Assembly: GCA_043228905.1 (NCBI GenBank) | Contig: JBHGNT010000003.1 | Span: forward strand, 11,222,001-11,286,000 | Direction: 5' to 3' | Length of the DNA: 64,000 bases | DNA from: Azolla caroliniana | Lineage: Eukaryota; Plantae; Polypodiophyta | Shown: in pieces, positions 46,203 to 57,722 of the stretch | Layout: the number at the start of each line of letters is the position of its first letter | Numbering within the stretch: position 1 is the stretch's first letter | Translations under genes and position numbers: made by a program | Notes under the pieces: model-generated | What the model was told of the DNA's origin: nothing | Databases searched by the model: none | What the model saw: only the letters and a program-made list of their open reading frames with translations

Positions 46203-47675
46203 TGTCGTGAAAATCCGTTACTATGTGCGGATCACGAGGCGGAACCGCCGGGGTTTTGGACTAGAAGGATTTAGTGCAACACGTATAACACAAGAAAAAT
46301 TCACATATAAGACGAGTAAATGAGAGAAAACGTTCGTTTATAGCATAAGAAAATAGAATCTTTTATAATTCAAGAATCTTGTTCCAACGGGTTGAAGATG
46401 AAAATGAGAGATAAATTATTTTTTTTAAAGAAAGGAGCCAACATCCATGTAAGGAGTGGTCCAATATGAATATGAGAGATAATTTTTAACAAGAATGATT
46501 GAGCAAGCCAAGCCAAGAGTTTGATATCAATATGAGAGATAATTTTCCCCAAGGAAATGGGAGAGAGAAGAAGAAGAAGGAAGACGAAAAAAATGTAGAG
46601 GGAAAAAATGGAAAATATATATCGAGCTCTTTGCTGATCCTCCTTCCCAATGTTACTTTGCATGTCCACTTTTAGTTGCATGGCCTTGGCTTTTAGTTGC
46701 ATGCAACCGTTCGTATAATTCGGCCAAATGACCCAATCATCCATAAAGTTTAGCCTGTGCGCAATTCGTACGTGTGTCGCAACCAAACCGTAGACACGCC
46801 CGCGCACAAAAGTCCCAACCACGTAGTGTATGCATCCACGCACGCACGCGTCCCGACAGCGCCGCGTATGCATCCGCGCTCTCATCCGAAACGTCCACGC
46901 GCAGTGCACGCGTACCCCTGAAACTTGCACACGCACGTACGTCCGAAAACGTGCGTACGCATGGCCTTGGCTTTTAGTTGCATGCGACCGTTCGTATAAT
47001 TCGGCCAAATGACCCAATCATCCATAAAGTTTAGCCCGTGCGCAATCTGTACGTGTGTCGCAACCAAACCGTAGACACGTCCGTGCACAAAAGTCCCAAC
47101 CACGCAGTGTACGCATCCACACATGCAGGCGTCCCGACCGGGCCACATACGCATCCGCGCACTCGTTCGAAACATCCACGTGGCGGTGTACTCATACGCC
47201 CGAAACTTGCACACATGCATACGTCCGAAAACGTGCATACGCATCCGCGCGCTCGTTCGAAACGTCCACGCAACGGTGCATGCGTACGCCGGAAACTTGC
47301 ACACGCGCGTACGTCCAAAAACCTCCACACGGCTTGAAGCATCCACGCGGTTGTGCATTAGCACACAGTGTAGCCCAAGTCACCTTGAACATTCTGTGCT
47401 CCACACATTGATATTAGTATTATGTTTTGGTTTCCCTTATATATCCTGGGTTCCAATGTTGTCCTATCTATGTGGGACATCTCATAGTTTTGTCATTTTT
47501 TTGTTTTCTTCAAACTTCACACTCACATAACTTGATACTTGTTTATCCGTTTTATGCGTAGTAAAATACGCTATGAAGCTCTTGAAGACATCTATCTTCC
47601 CATATGAATACATTAAGCTAATCTTAAATAATTGTTTTACTATTTTTCATATCGTGTGTGAAAAACCACACGACA
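46203..47675 (-). repeat. 3' LTR of H (1473 bp) with internal CpG-rich tandem repeats
   Basis: TGTCGTG..CACGACA; a block recurs at 46681 and 46962. Confidence 0.9.
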
Positions 47676-47739
47676 TTCACCCCCACCAAACCTACACATC
47701 CACCGATATGTGCCAATTGTGGTGAGGTTCCTCTTTTAA

Positions 47740-50700
47740 TTACTCTTTTTCAACCTCGATGTTCGAGGCTATATCATCTAGAGCTTCGATCTCAATATTT
47801 GGGGCCTCTCTTCTCTTAAAGATCTTGATTCTTTTTCCTGCAATTGCCAATTTAAGCAAGTCGAGTTCCATCTAACTCCACTAAAAAATAGGTTGCATTG
47901 CTTTCTGTTTTCTTGACCATATACGGGCCAAACCATTGTTTTGCGAAATTTCGAGCAGTGCTATATTGATTATCGAGACTACTATCATACACAAGAACCC
48001 AATCGCCTTCTTCAATTTTTCTTTGTCGAAGACGATGCTTTCTATCAAAATTCTCCTTGTTCTTCAATCGAGCTTGGCGCAATCGTTCTATTGCCAACTC
48101 GACATCTTCGGGCCTCTATTCTAGTTGTTGAATCCTCGTGGCTAGCAAGTCTTCCCGACTCATTTCCTCTTGCCATGGCAAAGATGTCCACGAAGCAGCA
48201 CTTTGCTCGATAGGCATTATTGGTTTTTGCCCTAATATGAGTTCGGTCGACATATATCCTGTAGTTGTGCTATGTGTAGTTCTATCAGCCCACAATGCAT
48301 AAGGTAGTATTCGTGGCCAATTCCCCATCTTGCCGTCGCAAGACTTTGCTAAAGCTTTTACAATCGGACTATGTCCTCGTTCCACCTTCCCATTTGCGTT
48401 CGGGTTGTATGCCATGGTGAGCGATAGTTTGACGCCTATTCTTGAAAAGAATTCTTTAGCTTCATTTGCATCTAATTCTCCCCTATCAGCTACTATTTTG
48501 CCAACGCATCCGTATCGACAAATAACATCTTCAAGGAGAAACTTACAAACCGTCGAAGTTGTTTTATTCCTTAGCACCCGTCCTTGTACTTGGTTGGTGA
48601 GATCCTCTCTTGCTAGCACGAGATACTTCATTTGCCCCAATCCCATTGACATAACCATTATGTCTACTAACCACTTATAGTGCATTGATAATGGGTATGT
48701 CGGATGAAGTTCATCCCTAAGTTGAATATTCGAGTATAATTGGCATTGCTCACATGTTTCAACATAGCTTGCTACATCTTTGTAAACACTCGGCCACCAG
48801 TACTTCTCCTTGAGCTTTGTAAATGTTGCCCATATACCTCGATGACCTGCCCACACACTATCATGAAATTCAGCAATTAGTGTTTGTTGATCTTCTTTCT
48901 TGCACACCACTCAAAGTGGAGTTCCATTCTTCTTCTTTGGAAACTTCCATAGATGTCCTTCTTTGAGGAAGAACTTGTAGGCCTTCTTCCTAATTCAGTA
49001 GAAGTCTTCCTTTGACCATGATTCATCCTTTGTAAGAGAGCTTAAGTACTTGCCAATTTTGACGAATTCACCCTCATAATCTTCTAATTTAAACACGACA
49101 ACCACCCGAGCACAAGAAACCATAAAGAATTTTAGGCCAACATCTTCTTCGTCAGAGTGCAAATCTTCTTCACCCTCATACCTTGCCCTTGATAACATAT
49201 CGGCCACCACATTATGCTTCCCATTTATATGTTGAATCTCAGGGTTGAGGAACTTGATATAGGCAATCCATCGCAGCATAGCAATATTTGGTGTAGCACA
49301 ACCGGATATCATTCCAAGAATAGGTAGACAATCAGTCTCGATTATGACCTCTATTCCGATAAGGTAGTCACGATCGGTTTTAACCACAGATACTATTCCC
49401 CATAGTCCCTCTTTACTTGGGCATACTTCCTTTGTCTTTCGGTTAACACCTTTGCACCGAATCGGATTGCATACCGATTCTTTTCTTTGTCTTCTTGGTT
49501 TATCACCCATCCAATTCTAGTTGGGCTTGTATCCACCATCACATATATCGGGGTACCTTCGGTGTAGTTGGCTTTTCGCAATGCCGGAGCTTCCGATAAT
49601 AGTTTCTTTAGCTTTTGAACCGCATAGGTATGCTCATTTTCCCATTCAAACTTCTTCCTTTTCTTTAGTAATCCATAGAATGCTTCAGCGACATGAGCAT
49701 AATGTGGAATCCATGTGTGATAGAATGCACATGCTCCCAAAAATCTTCGCACCTCTGTTTGAGACACACATTCTTTGTTAATCTCTGGAATTGCGTTCAC
49801 CTTGGATGGGGATGGCTTCCGGCCATAAGACCCACATAAGTGTCCTACTACCAATATTTCTGGTTCACCGAAGGCAGACTTCTCTCCCGAAAACGTGAGA
49901 TTTGCATCCTCAAGCTTTTGCAACACCTTCTCGCTATCCTTTATATGATTGATGACGAATCTTCGGCAACCATCTTCATCTTTCGATTCATCTTTTACTT
50001 CCACCAAGCATCCTTTGATTGGAATATCATCTAAGAAGGGCATCGTGATATCAGGGATACAATCCCTCAACACTTTGTTCATGGCATTCACCATGTGGGC
50101 TACAGAATTTGTTGCACCTTGGGGTAAGGTGCACATCCTTACCAACCCGATCGGCGTCCTCATTGTCATTATGTCTCTACTATCGATGGCCAATTGAAAT
50201 TGATCATAACCCAACTAGAGATCACCAATGGAATAGATCGATCTTCCCGCGAAGGCTTCGGCAAATTCATCCACACTTGGACTAATTCCAGCATTTCGGA
50301 TCGTCACCTTGTTGACGGGTTGGAGATCTTGACTAAAGCGTAAGGACCCGTTCTTCTTCAGCACCGTAAACCATCTATTGGAGTAGGGAGCATTGGACGG
50401 CTCAAGTATTCCCATCCTAAGCCTTTCCTTTAGAAGCTCAATGAACTTCAGAATGTGAGCTCTTGGAACCGGTATCGGCTTGAGGTTCCAAGGTACATGT
50501 GGCACCGTAAAAATCACCATTGCCTCTATCATCTTTGGGTTGGCACATCCGATCTCTTGTGGAGAGAAGGCAAAGGCTTTCCCATGTCTCTCAAGCATTC
50601 CGCAGAACATTCTCTCCTATTCAAGGAGAAGGAAATCTTCCCTTCCAACTTGTAGCTTTCCTTTCGTCTCTTTGGTGAAGACATGACTTATCGCCTTTGG

Positions 50701-53390
50701 ATCCCTTAAGCTCGGATCATTAGCAACTTCCTTCATCTTCTGCCAGCTATCTTCCGGTAGCAGAACTGCAACTGGCTTGATCTTCTTATCCACTGTTTTA
50801 TATTTTGTGTTTACTTCAGCTTCCTCCATCAAGATGCCTCGATGATATTCATCGATGATAGCATACATGTTGACGGAGTTAACCGAAATCACATGTTGAT
50901 CGTGAGGGTAGTTCAAGTCCACGACTTCCTCGATTTCGCCGATGGTGTCGTTAAATGAGGCTTCCTCTAGAAAATGAGACACGAATTCTTCTTCTTCGAT
51001 TATGCCTTCTTCTTTCAGCATCTTCTCGAAGTCTTGTATCCGACACTTGTCCTTCTTGTTGAGTAGTGTTAGTTTACATGCACTACTAGGTGTCACACAT
51101 GTTGCTTCTCCTTGCGATCCACTTATATTTGCTTCCTTGTGGGGACTTATGATTGCTCAGACTATTTGTGCCCCATGCTTCAATAGTCTGTTCTAAAAAT
51201 CCGAGGATTCGCCTCCAAGGCTATCTCGGTTCCTTTCGTGATTAGCTCGCACCGTAAGGAATTGAATAGATCTTTGATTATCAAGGCTATTGACTCGCAC
51301 GAAGCACGCTCCATTATAGAACACCTTAGTCTTCGTCCAGGACGATGTGATATATGGTTGTCCTAGGATGACGGGATATGAAGCCGAGTCTTGCACGAAG
51401 AAGTGTTGATCCATCTCCACATCTCCGATCGTGACTTTAACATTGGGGCAAGCTCCGTACAAGTCTTCTGTGGCCTTCGTTGCTGCTCATCTTCCATCCG
51501 TGGTTTATGTTGATCATCCATCTTCCTTTCTTGTAGAATTCGGTCGACATGAGGTTGATCTCTGAACCATGGTCAATCAAGGCTACCACGGTCTCTTTCT
51601 TTTCTCTGATCTTCACCGGCGTCTCTGTTGTCGCTCTTGCCCAATGAGGCCAAGAGTAATGGCTATCCGCCATCACTTCTTCTTCCTTCTCCTCTTCCGA
51701 TCTGGCCATGGTTATGGCACTTGTTTTAACCTCTTCTTCATCCGATTGTGGCCGCTTCTGCTTAATCAAGTCCACGATAGTATCGTGGAACTCCTTCTTA
51801 GCGATCCCAAGTAGCTCTCTCAAAGTAAGGTCGACATGACTGTTTAAAACCTTCTCCTCAAGGACCTTCTGCAAGTCGGTTGTTTGTTCTATGTCCGACC
51901 TTAGCTTGTAAGTCGGCGCCTCTCGTACTTTTCTTTTCTTCACAGATTCATCGACTTCCATCCAAGAAGGTTGGCTCGATCCACCGGGCTTCATGCTTGT
52001 TTCTCCTATCTCTTTTCGTGGCGTAGGTTGGGCTTGTCCTTCATTCCCTGCATTCCTCGTATTGTGACGCTTTGATGTGCCATCTTCTTCTTCACCAGTT
52101 CTTTTCCTCTTCTCTTCAACAAGAGCTTCATAGTTGTCACACACAACCTCCGCAAAGCATGTGTTATCGTCGACTGGATCTGACCATCCGGTAACTCGTT
52201 GCACATTCCGATCATCATGTTTTAGATCCTCCAAATCTATTTTTCCTTTCTTTTCGCACTCGAATACCGTTGGCCAAAACCCAACTCCCGGCTTGATCGT
52301 CTTTAGATTCTCTCTTCCGACTCGTATTCCTGTTGATGCGGCATAGTGCATGGCTTCCACATGCCTTGCATCTTCCTCTTCCACAATCTTTTTCAGCCCG
52401 CCTCTCTCGAAGTTCACTCGTAGTGGCTTTCAGGTCCCGTTCGAGTGGATCATGTTGCCATCCAAATAGATGACATTCTTGCGAATTGCGTCATGCAAGT
52501 CAGTGCACTCCCTTCGCGAGTGTTCGAAGCTGTCACACCACACACATCTATACGCTTCTTTTCCCTTCGGCCCGCGTCAACCTAAGTTGGCCAATGATAC
52601 CGCTTCAAACTTCTTGGAGAGCTCTTCAATTATAGATTCCTCCATCGCTTTCTTGTCGAAATTGTTGATCGGTTTGTTAGACTCGATCGTCACAGGTGCC
52701 TTCCTCCTCCACGATTGTGGATTCTCCATATCAGTTTCCTCTTGCCATTGTTGACGCTTATCAAGATGGCTACAAGCCTTCTTCACCGCCACCCAGTCTG
52801 CTACCAAGCCATTTGGTTGTGTTTCATCGTTCAAAAAGTTACCCAATTCACGTCGATCTTTCGCATCCACTGCCTTCAGGAATAGTAGGACTTTATCTCC
52901 ATCGAGAACTCGTTGATCAACACTCGGAAGTCGGTTATACTTCTGGTCGAACTCGGCATATAATCCATAAGCACACATACTCTTCCCTTTCTTCTCGATC
53001 CAAGACATTAGCGTATGTTGAGTCATCCATGATGCGTCTTCAAGCATGTATTCAGCGAGAGGTGCCTTTTCGAACTCCGCCCAAGTTGTCTGCTCGTTTT
53101 GGATCTCCATGACGCGCTTGTGGATCCCTGGTTCCACCACACGTTTGAAGCTAGAAATTTGTTTGAGATCATTGACATCCCTTTGTTGCATCTCGTTCTG
53201 ATAGGTAGCAAGAGAATCCGTGATGTTCTTGCCACCAAATCGTCCAGCTATCTCGATCGTACGATCAACAACTTTGTCGATTAAAGCTTCTCGATCTCTC
53301 AACCTTCAGCATGTATTCCACTACCGACACCATGCCTTTTGTTAATTCCTCTCCTTGAGTTCCGCTTGTGGAAGCCATCGTTGCACTTGA
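47740..53390 (-). pseudogene. gag-pol: gag-PR and pol of H
   Basis: ORFs 52577-53302, 51437-52417, 51193-51462, 50215-50610, 49393-50214 and 48116-48910 contain DHGSEIN, PFLDD and ADRGE. Confidence 0.92.
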
Positions 53391-53618
53391 TATCCTCCCT
53401 ACCGCCTCTTTCACGTCGGGTTCACCATTTTATTATGTCATGAAAATCTGTCGCTATGTGCAGATTGCGAGGCGGAACCGTCGGGGTTCTGGAATAGAAG
53501 GATTTAGTGGAACACGTACAACACAAGCAAAATTCACATATAAGATGAGTAGATGAGAGAAAACGTTCGTTTATTGCATAAGAAAATATATTCTTTTATA
53601 ATTCAAGAATCTTGTTAC

Positions 53619-56163
53619 TGACACGAATACACGCTCCCAATGAACAACGCTCGGCCACAACCGAGCCTAGAATCAAACACCGAAAACGGGTAATGAACGC
53701 ACGATACAGTGAAGAGAAGAGTACACATGATATTAACGTGGAAAACCCAAACTAGGGAAAAACCACGGCAGCCCACAGACTGCAAAACTATCACTATATC
53801 ACAATGTACAATAGTAAAGCACCGAGGCAACAACCTTGAGCTTGCTATCTTCACCACAGGCGGCGGTTACAATAGAGGCAACGACCTCTTCCTCTCTCTC
53901 TCTCTCTCTGTACACAGTTACGCACTCAAATCTTGCACCAACAAGAATGACAACTACAATGCCACTAAGTTTGCCCTAAGTCATATTTATACTAATATGA
54001 CTTTTCGTCTATTTACAAATATAGCCCAGATGGACTCTTAGAAAACATATTTACGAATATGTCCCTTCATCCGGTGAGTACTTCTCATCGGGCCCTTCAA
54101 GTACCGGAGTATCCATTTGACCGCGTTCCAGTGCTCCTTGTCGGGATTGCTCATAAACCGGCTCACCACTTCGACTGCGTATCCAATATCCGGCCAAGTA
54201 CACACCATTGCGTACATCAAGCTCCCGACGGCAGAGGCATATGGAACCTTCATCATATCAGCCTTGTCTGCTTTCGTCTTCGGGATTTGCCTACCGGATA
54301 GTCTACAGTTTGCCGGGAGTGTCGATCCGACCGGTTTTGCTTCTAACATGTTGAACCGTTGAAGCACCTTTGTCACGTATTTCTCTTGTGACAACCACAA
54401 TTGCTTCTTTGACCGGTCCCGGATGATGTGCATCCCCAGTATCTGTCTTGCTGGGCCCAAGTCTTTCATTGCGAAGGTTCGATTGAGAGCCTTCTTCAGC
54501 ATCCGTATTTTGGCTTGGTCCCGTCCGACAATCAACATGTCGTCCACGTACAGAAGGAATATCAGGAAGTCGCCTCCTTCGAACTTCTTCACAAACATGC
54601 AGTGATCGGCCTGCGTCTTGTGGTACCCTTGATCGGTCATGAAGGAGTCGAACTTCCGGTACCATTGTCGGGGAGCTTGCTTCAGTCCGTACAGGCTCCT
54701 CTTCAACCGACAAACGAGGTGCTCCTTCCCTTTCTCCACGAATCCTTCCGGTTGCTGCATGTAGATCTCCTCTTCGAGGTCACCGTGAAGGAATGTCGTC
54801 TTCACGTCCAGCGGCTCTACCTCGAGGTCCACGCTTGCCACAATACTCAGCACCGTCCGGATGGAGGTCATCTTTACTGCCGGGGCAAATATCTTGTCGA
54901 AGTCCACACCCTTCTTCTGCTAGAACCCCTTCACCACGATCCTGGCTTTGTATCTCGGGGGGTTGCCGGCATCTCCCGGTTTCAACTTGTACACCCACAA
55001 CCGCAGATGGCTAAGTGCCATGCAGGATGAGATGGATTCCCTGCATGAGAACCATACGTACGAATTGGTGGAGTTGCCGAAAGGAAAGCGGGCACTCCGA
55101 AAGGAGTTCGTATCCTTGTCTTTCCGACGCGCCTCCTCATCTAGCAAGCTCGACTTCACTCTTGCCAGGGATAACCGTTTCCCTTCCGGCTCGGCGTTGC
55201 CCAAAGTGACGAACAATGTCTCCCAGCTATCTGGGAGGGAACTGAGCAAGAGTAGTGCTAGTACCTCATCGGCGAGATGTCTTTCTAATGATGTTGCCTG
55301 GTGTATCAGCCCCTGGAAGGCATTCATGTGCTCCGCCATGCTGGAGCCATCTTGGTACCGGAGTCGTACTAGTTTCCGAAATACCGAAACCTGATTAACA
55401 GCATTTTTGTTCTAAAACATAATGCCGATCTTCTCCCAGAGCTCATGAGCCTTGCTCTCTTCATTGAAGTTGTTGTATAGACTCCTGTCGATGAAGCACC
55501 GTATGTACGCCGTTGTCTTCAGGTGCATCACCTCCCATATCGTGGCATTGATTTTGTCCGGTCTCTTGTCCCCGAACTGAACCTGCAACCAAATATCTTT
55601 AACCACGAGCATGTCCCTCATCTTCGACTTCCACGCGGAATAGTTGGAGCCGGTGAGCTTGAACATGCCTCCCAACAATTCGTCCATTTTCTGTGTCGTT
55701 TCACTCTGATACCAATTTGACAGGAATACACGCTCTCGATGAACAACGCTCGGCCACAACCGAGCCTAGAATCAAACACAGAAAATGGGTAATGAACGCA
55801 CGACACAGCGAAGAGAAGAGTACACAGGATGTTAACGTGGAAAACCCAAACTAGGGAAAACCACGGCAGCCCACAGACTGCAAAACTATCACTATATCAC
55901 AATGTACAATAGTAAAGCACCGAGGCAACGACCTCGAGCTTGCTATCTTCGCCACAGGCGGCGGTTAAAATAGAGGCAACGACCTCTTCCTCTCTCTCTC
56001 TCTCTCTGTACACAGTTACGCACTCAAATCTCTCTCGTCATCCGGTTCTCACCGGCTCTTCCGTAGCCGGGTACTCCACATCCGGTTCTCACCGGGTCTT
56101 CCGTAGCCGGGTACACCACATCTGGTTTCTCACTTCCCATCTAGAGGGACTTGTTTCCTAACA
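53619..56163 (-). mobile_element. Element J: internally deleted Ty1/copia (Tnt1/Tork-like)
   Basis: TSD GTTAC at 53614-53618 and 56164-56168; LTRs from 53619 and at 55718-56163; iMet PBS TGGTATCAGAGT at 55703-55714; gag KLTGSNYSAWK; RT LDVKTTFLHG..SLYGLKQAPRQW..YVDDML. Confidence 0.96.
56039..56120. repeat. 40-bp direct repeat (2 copies) in the U3 of the J LTR
   Basis: CATCCGGTTCTCACCGG.TCTTCCGTAGCCGGGTAC.CCA occurs twice. Confidence 0.85.
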
Positions 56164-57207
56164 GTTACAACGGGTTGGAGATGAAAATGAGAGAGAATTT
56201 TTTCAAAGAAAGGACCCAACAACCATATAAGGAGTAGTCTAATATGAATAAGAGAGATTATGATGGAGCCAACAACCATGTAAGGAGTAGTCCGATATCA
56301 ATATGAGAGAGATAATTTTTGACAAGAAAGATTGAGCAAGCCAAGCCAAGAGTTTGATATCAATATTAGAGATAATTTGTTTTGGAATCCCAGAGAGAAG
56401 AAGGAAGGAAAAAAAGAAAACTAGAGGGAAAAAATGGAACATATATCGACCTCTTTGTTGATCCTCCTTCCCAATGTTACTTTGCATGTCCACTTTTAGT
56501 TGCATGGCCTCTAATTTTAGTTGCACGGCCTCTACTTTCATTTGCATGCTTCCATTTTTAGTTGCATGCCTTTTACTTTTAGTTGCATGGCCTTGGCTTT
56601 TAGTTGCATGCGACCGTTCGTATAATTCGACCAAATGAACCAATCATCCATAAAGTTTAGCCCGTGCGCAATCCGTACGTGTGACGCAACCAAACCGTAG
56701 ACGCATCCGCGCACAAAAGTCCTAAACACGTAGTGTACGCATCCACGGACGCACGCGTCCCATCCGCGCCGCGTATGCATCCGTGCGCTCGTCCGAAACG
56801 TCCACGCGGTGGTGCACGCGTACGCCCGAAACTTGCACACGCTCGTACGTCCGAAAATGTGCGTATGCATCCTTGCGCTCGTTCGCACACACGCGTCCGT
56901 CCGAAACGTCCACGCAACGGTGCACGCATACGCCCGAAACTTGCACATGTGCAAACATCCGAAAACGTCCACGCGGTCGTGCACGGACATATGCGACCGT
57001 TCGTATAATTCGACCAAATGACCCAATCATCCATAAAGTTTAGCCCGTGCGCAATCCGTACGTGTGTCGCAACCAAACCGTAGACGCGTCCGTGCACAAA
57101 AGTCCCAAACACGTAGTGTACGCAACCACACATGCACACGTCCCAACCGCGCCGCGTACGCATCCGCGTGCTCGTCCGAAACGTCCACGCGGTGGTGCAC
57201 GCGTACG
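56164..57207 (-). repeat. Continuation of the H 5' LTR with expanded repeats
   Basis: Colinear with 46381 onward; 21-bp TTTTAGTTGCATGG repeats at about 56494-56610; a block recurs at 56608 and 56991. Confidence 0.9.
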
Positions 57208-57722
57208 TGTTACCCGGACCCGGACAGTCAATTTTACCGAACAAGTGGGAAAGCGTCGAAAACGGAGTCGGTTCGGATCGACTGTTCGGATCAATGACTC
57301 AGCAGTGAACAAAGAGAACTAAGTTAGTTAGATAATTTTGTAATTCTTGATAGTAAGTAGGAATAGTTCTTGATGAGAAAAGACCTTCTGTATACCTATA
57401 AAAGGGAACCGAAGGCATTGTAAGAAAGGTCGTTTATTTAGTAATATAAGTTTAAGTTAGGATTATCATGTACGGATTTTGTGTTCTTTCTATTGTCTAT
57501 GTTGTTAAGTGGAATCTTCCTAATTTATAACTAAGTAACGATCACGGTAATTACCGATTAATATAGTATATTTCCGTTCGTAAAACACAATTCCTTGTTA
57601 GAACGTTGAGTAGCAACGTTCACTCTTCTGTATCGGTAGTAGTTAGTAATTAGCCGATTAACACAGAAGAAATTTGGCACGCCCGGTTACATCTGCAATT
57701 AAGCAGAGAACAAATCGAATGG

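Larger units (their letters stand above)
46203..57207 (-). mobile_element. Element H: full-length but decayed Trp-family gypsy; 5' LTR interrupted by J and I
   Basis: 3' LTR 46203-47675; PPT 47676-47687; INT, RH, RT, PR and gag fragments 47740-53390; Trp PBS 53412-53427; 5' LTR 53436-53618 plus 56164-57207 and beyond. Confidence 0.93.

Noticed and set aside
46987-47000. ACCGTTCGTATAAT resembles a lox71/loxP arm (also near 46707, 56613 and 56996)
   Set aside because: No second inverted arm and no recombinase. It is part of the H LTR repeat unit and treated as coincidence.
47165-47173. B-box-like GTTCGAAAC in the H LTR
   Set aside because: Most sibling repeat units read GTCCGAAAC and no spaced A box is present.
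46660-47340. Possible CRISPR-like array
   Set aside because: The units are contiguous degenerate tandem repeats without unique spacers, there are no cas genes, and the context is a eukaryotic LTR.
46370-47530. Clusters of C/R/T/H-rich ORFs (also 56239-57322)
   Set aside because: These are artefacts of stop-poor CpG-rich repeats within LTRs and are open in several frames.
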